From the human T2T-CHM13v2.0 reference genome, Homo sapiens, in the NCBI GenBank assembly GCA_009914755.4, contig CP086569.2, positions 2,560,001 through 2,624,000 on the forward strand: DNA of 64,000 nucleotides. The letters run 5' to 3'. The translations under genes and the position numbers were made by a program. The notes under the pieces were generated by a model that had not been told where the DNA came from, did no database searches, and saw nothing but the letters and a program-made list of their open reading frames with translations. Shown in pieces: positions 63,414-64,000 of the stretch; position 1 is the first letter of the stretch, and each line of letters begins with the position of its first letter.

Positions 63414-63879
63414 ACAAGGAGGATTTTAAACATAACCCATTGAGTGAGTATCATTTCCAGGTGTGTTTAATCTCTTATTTAGGAAATATTTTTAAATCTT
63501 TTTCCATTGTATTTTATGTTGTCTGTTTGCCAATATTTCATATGAGTTCCCATCTCTTTTCTGACTTTTTATTTTACTGAATGATTTTATCTCACCATCT
63601 TTTTAAACAACAGCTTATAAATAAATTGCTTCTACTTACGTCTTTTCAGTTATTTTGTTTTAATGTTAAACCCAGTTACTTGATTTCAGGCAGTAGAAAA
63701 TCAGTGTGTTTATTTTCTATTTAAACTTCTACTTGAAGATAGGGTTTGGTGGCCAGGAAAAAAAGGGAAGTTTAAAATTTGCTTTATCTTGAAAAGATTG
63801 GTTGAGTGGAGTAGCAGATAAGAAAAAAAAAAGATGAATTTTTAAGATAAATAGGATATATTAAATTAAAAATATTTGG

Positions 63880-64000
63880 GCCAGGCACAGTGGCTTTCTG
63901 CCTGTAATGCCAGCACTTTGGGAGGCTGAAACGGGTGGATCACCTGAGGTCAGGAGTTTGAAACCACCCTGGCCAAACATGCTGAAACCCCATCTCTACT
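63880..64000 (+). mobile_element. Alu 5' part; it runs off the window end
   Basis: GGCCAGGCACAGTGGCTTTCTGCCTGTAATGCCAGCACTTTGGGAGGCTGAAACGGGTGGATCACCTGAGGTCAGGAGTTTGAAACC... Confidence 0.9.

Overview
This window reads as primate (human-like) interspersed-repeat-rich genomic DNA, not a prokaryotic or viral locus. About 60 Alu copies or fragments are recognisable on both strands from the GGCCGGGCGCGGTGGCTCA start and the A/T tails. Several LINE-1 elements are present, identified by translating ORF1/ORF2 fragments:
- an old roughly 6.5 kb L1 on the + strand (16857-23396) carrying three nested Alus and a solo LTR;
- a twin-primed (5'-inverted) L1 insertion (37283-42293) bounded by a 15-bp target-site duplication, with an Alu inside;
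- a young L1 3' portion on the - strand (34998-36660);
- several older L1 fragments.
Other repeats: a truncated HERV-K-like (betaretrovirus-type) provirus remnant on the - strand (gag with an MGQ start and a Cys-His zinc knuckle, a protease fragment, and the 5' leader/LTR), MaLR THE1/MST-type LTR pieces, two unclassified LTR-like blocks, and simple repeats.
Two pseudogenes are recognisable. An HSFY-like (heat shock transcription factor, Y-type) pseudogene sits on the - strand at 1-485 and runs off the window; it is frameshifted and stop-containing after the DNA-binding-domain region. An intronless NAP1L1-derived retro-pseudogene sits on the - strand at about 46150-48400 and is disrupted by four Alu insertions.
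The only non-repeat, potentially functional element is a roughly 1.4 kb CpG island at about 52060-53480. It contains a pyrimidine-rich candidate start site, a candidate non-coding first exon ending in a GTGAGT donor, a tandem TGACGTGACGTG (CRE-like) motif, and a 13-bp inverted pair of AAGATGGCGGC (YY1-type) motifs. I could not assign it to a known gene from memory and no convincing coding exon was found, so it may belong to a lncRNA or a gene whose coding exons lie outside the window.
No CRISPR arrays, rRNA, tRNA or operon-like structures are present. All coordinates below were read by eye and are accurate to roughly ±5 bp unless stated otherwise.
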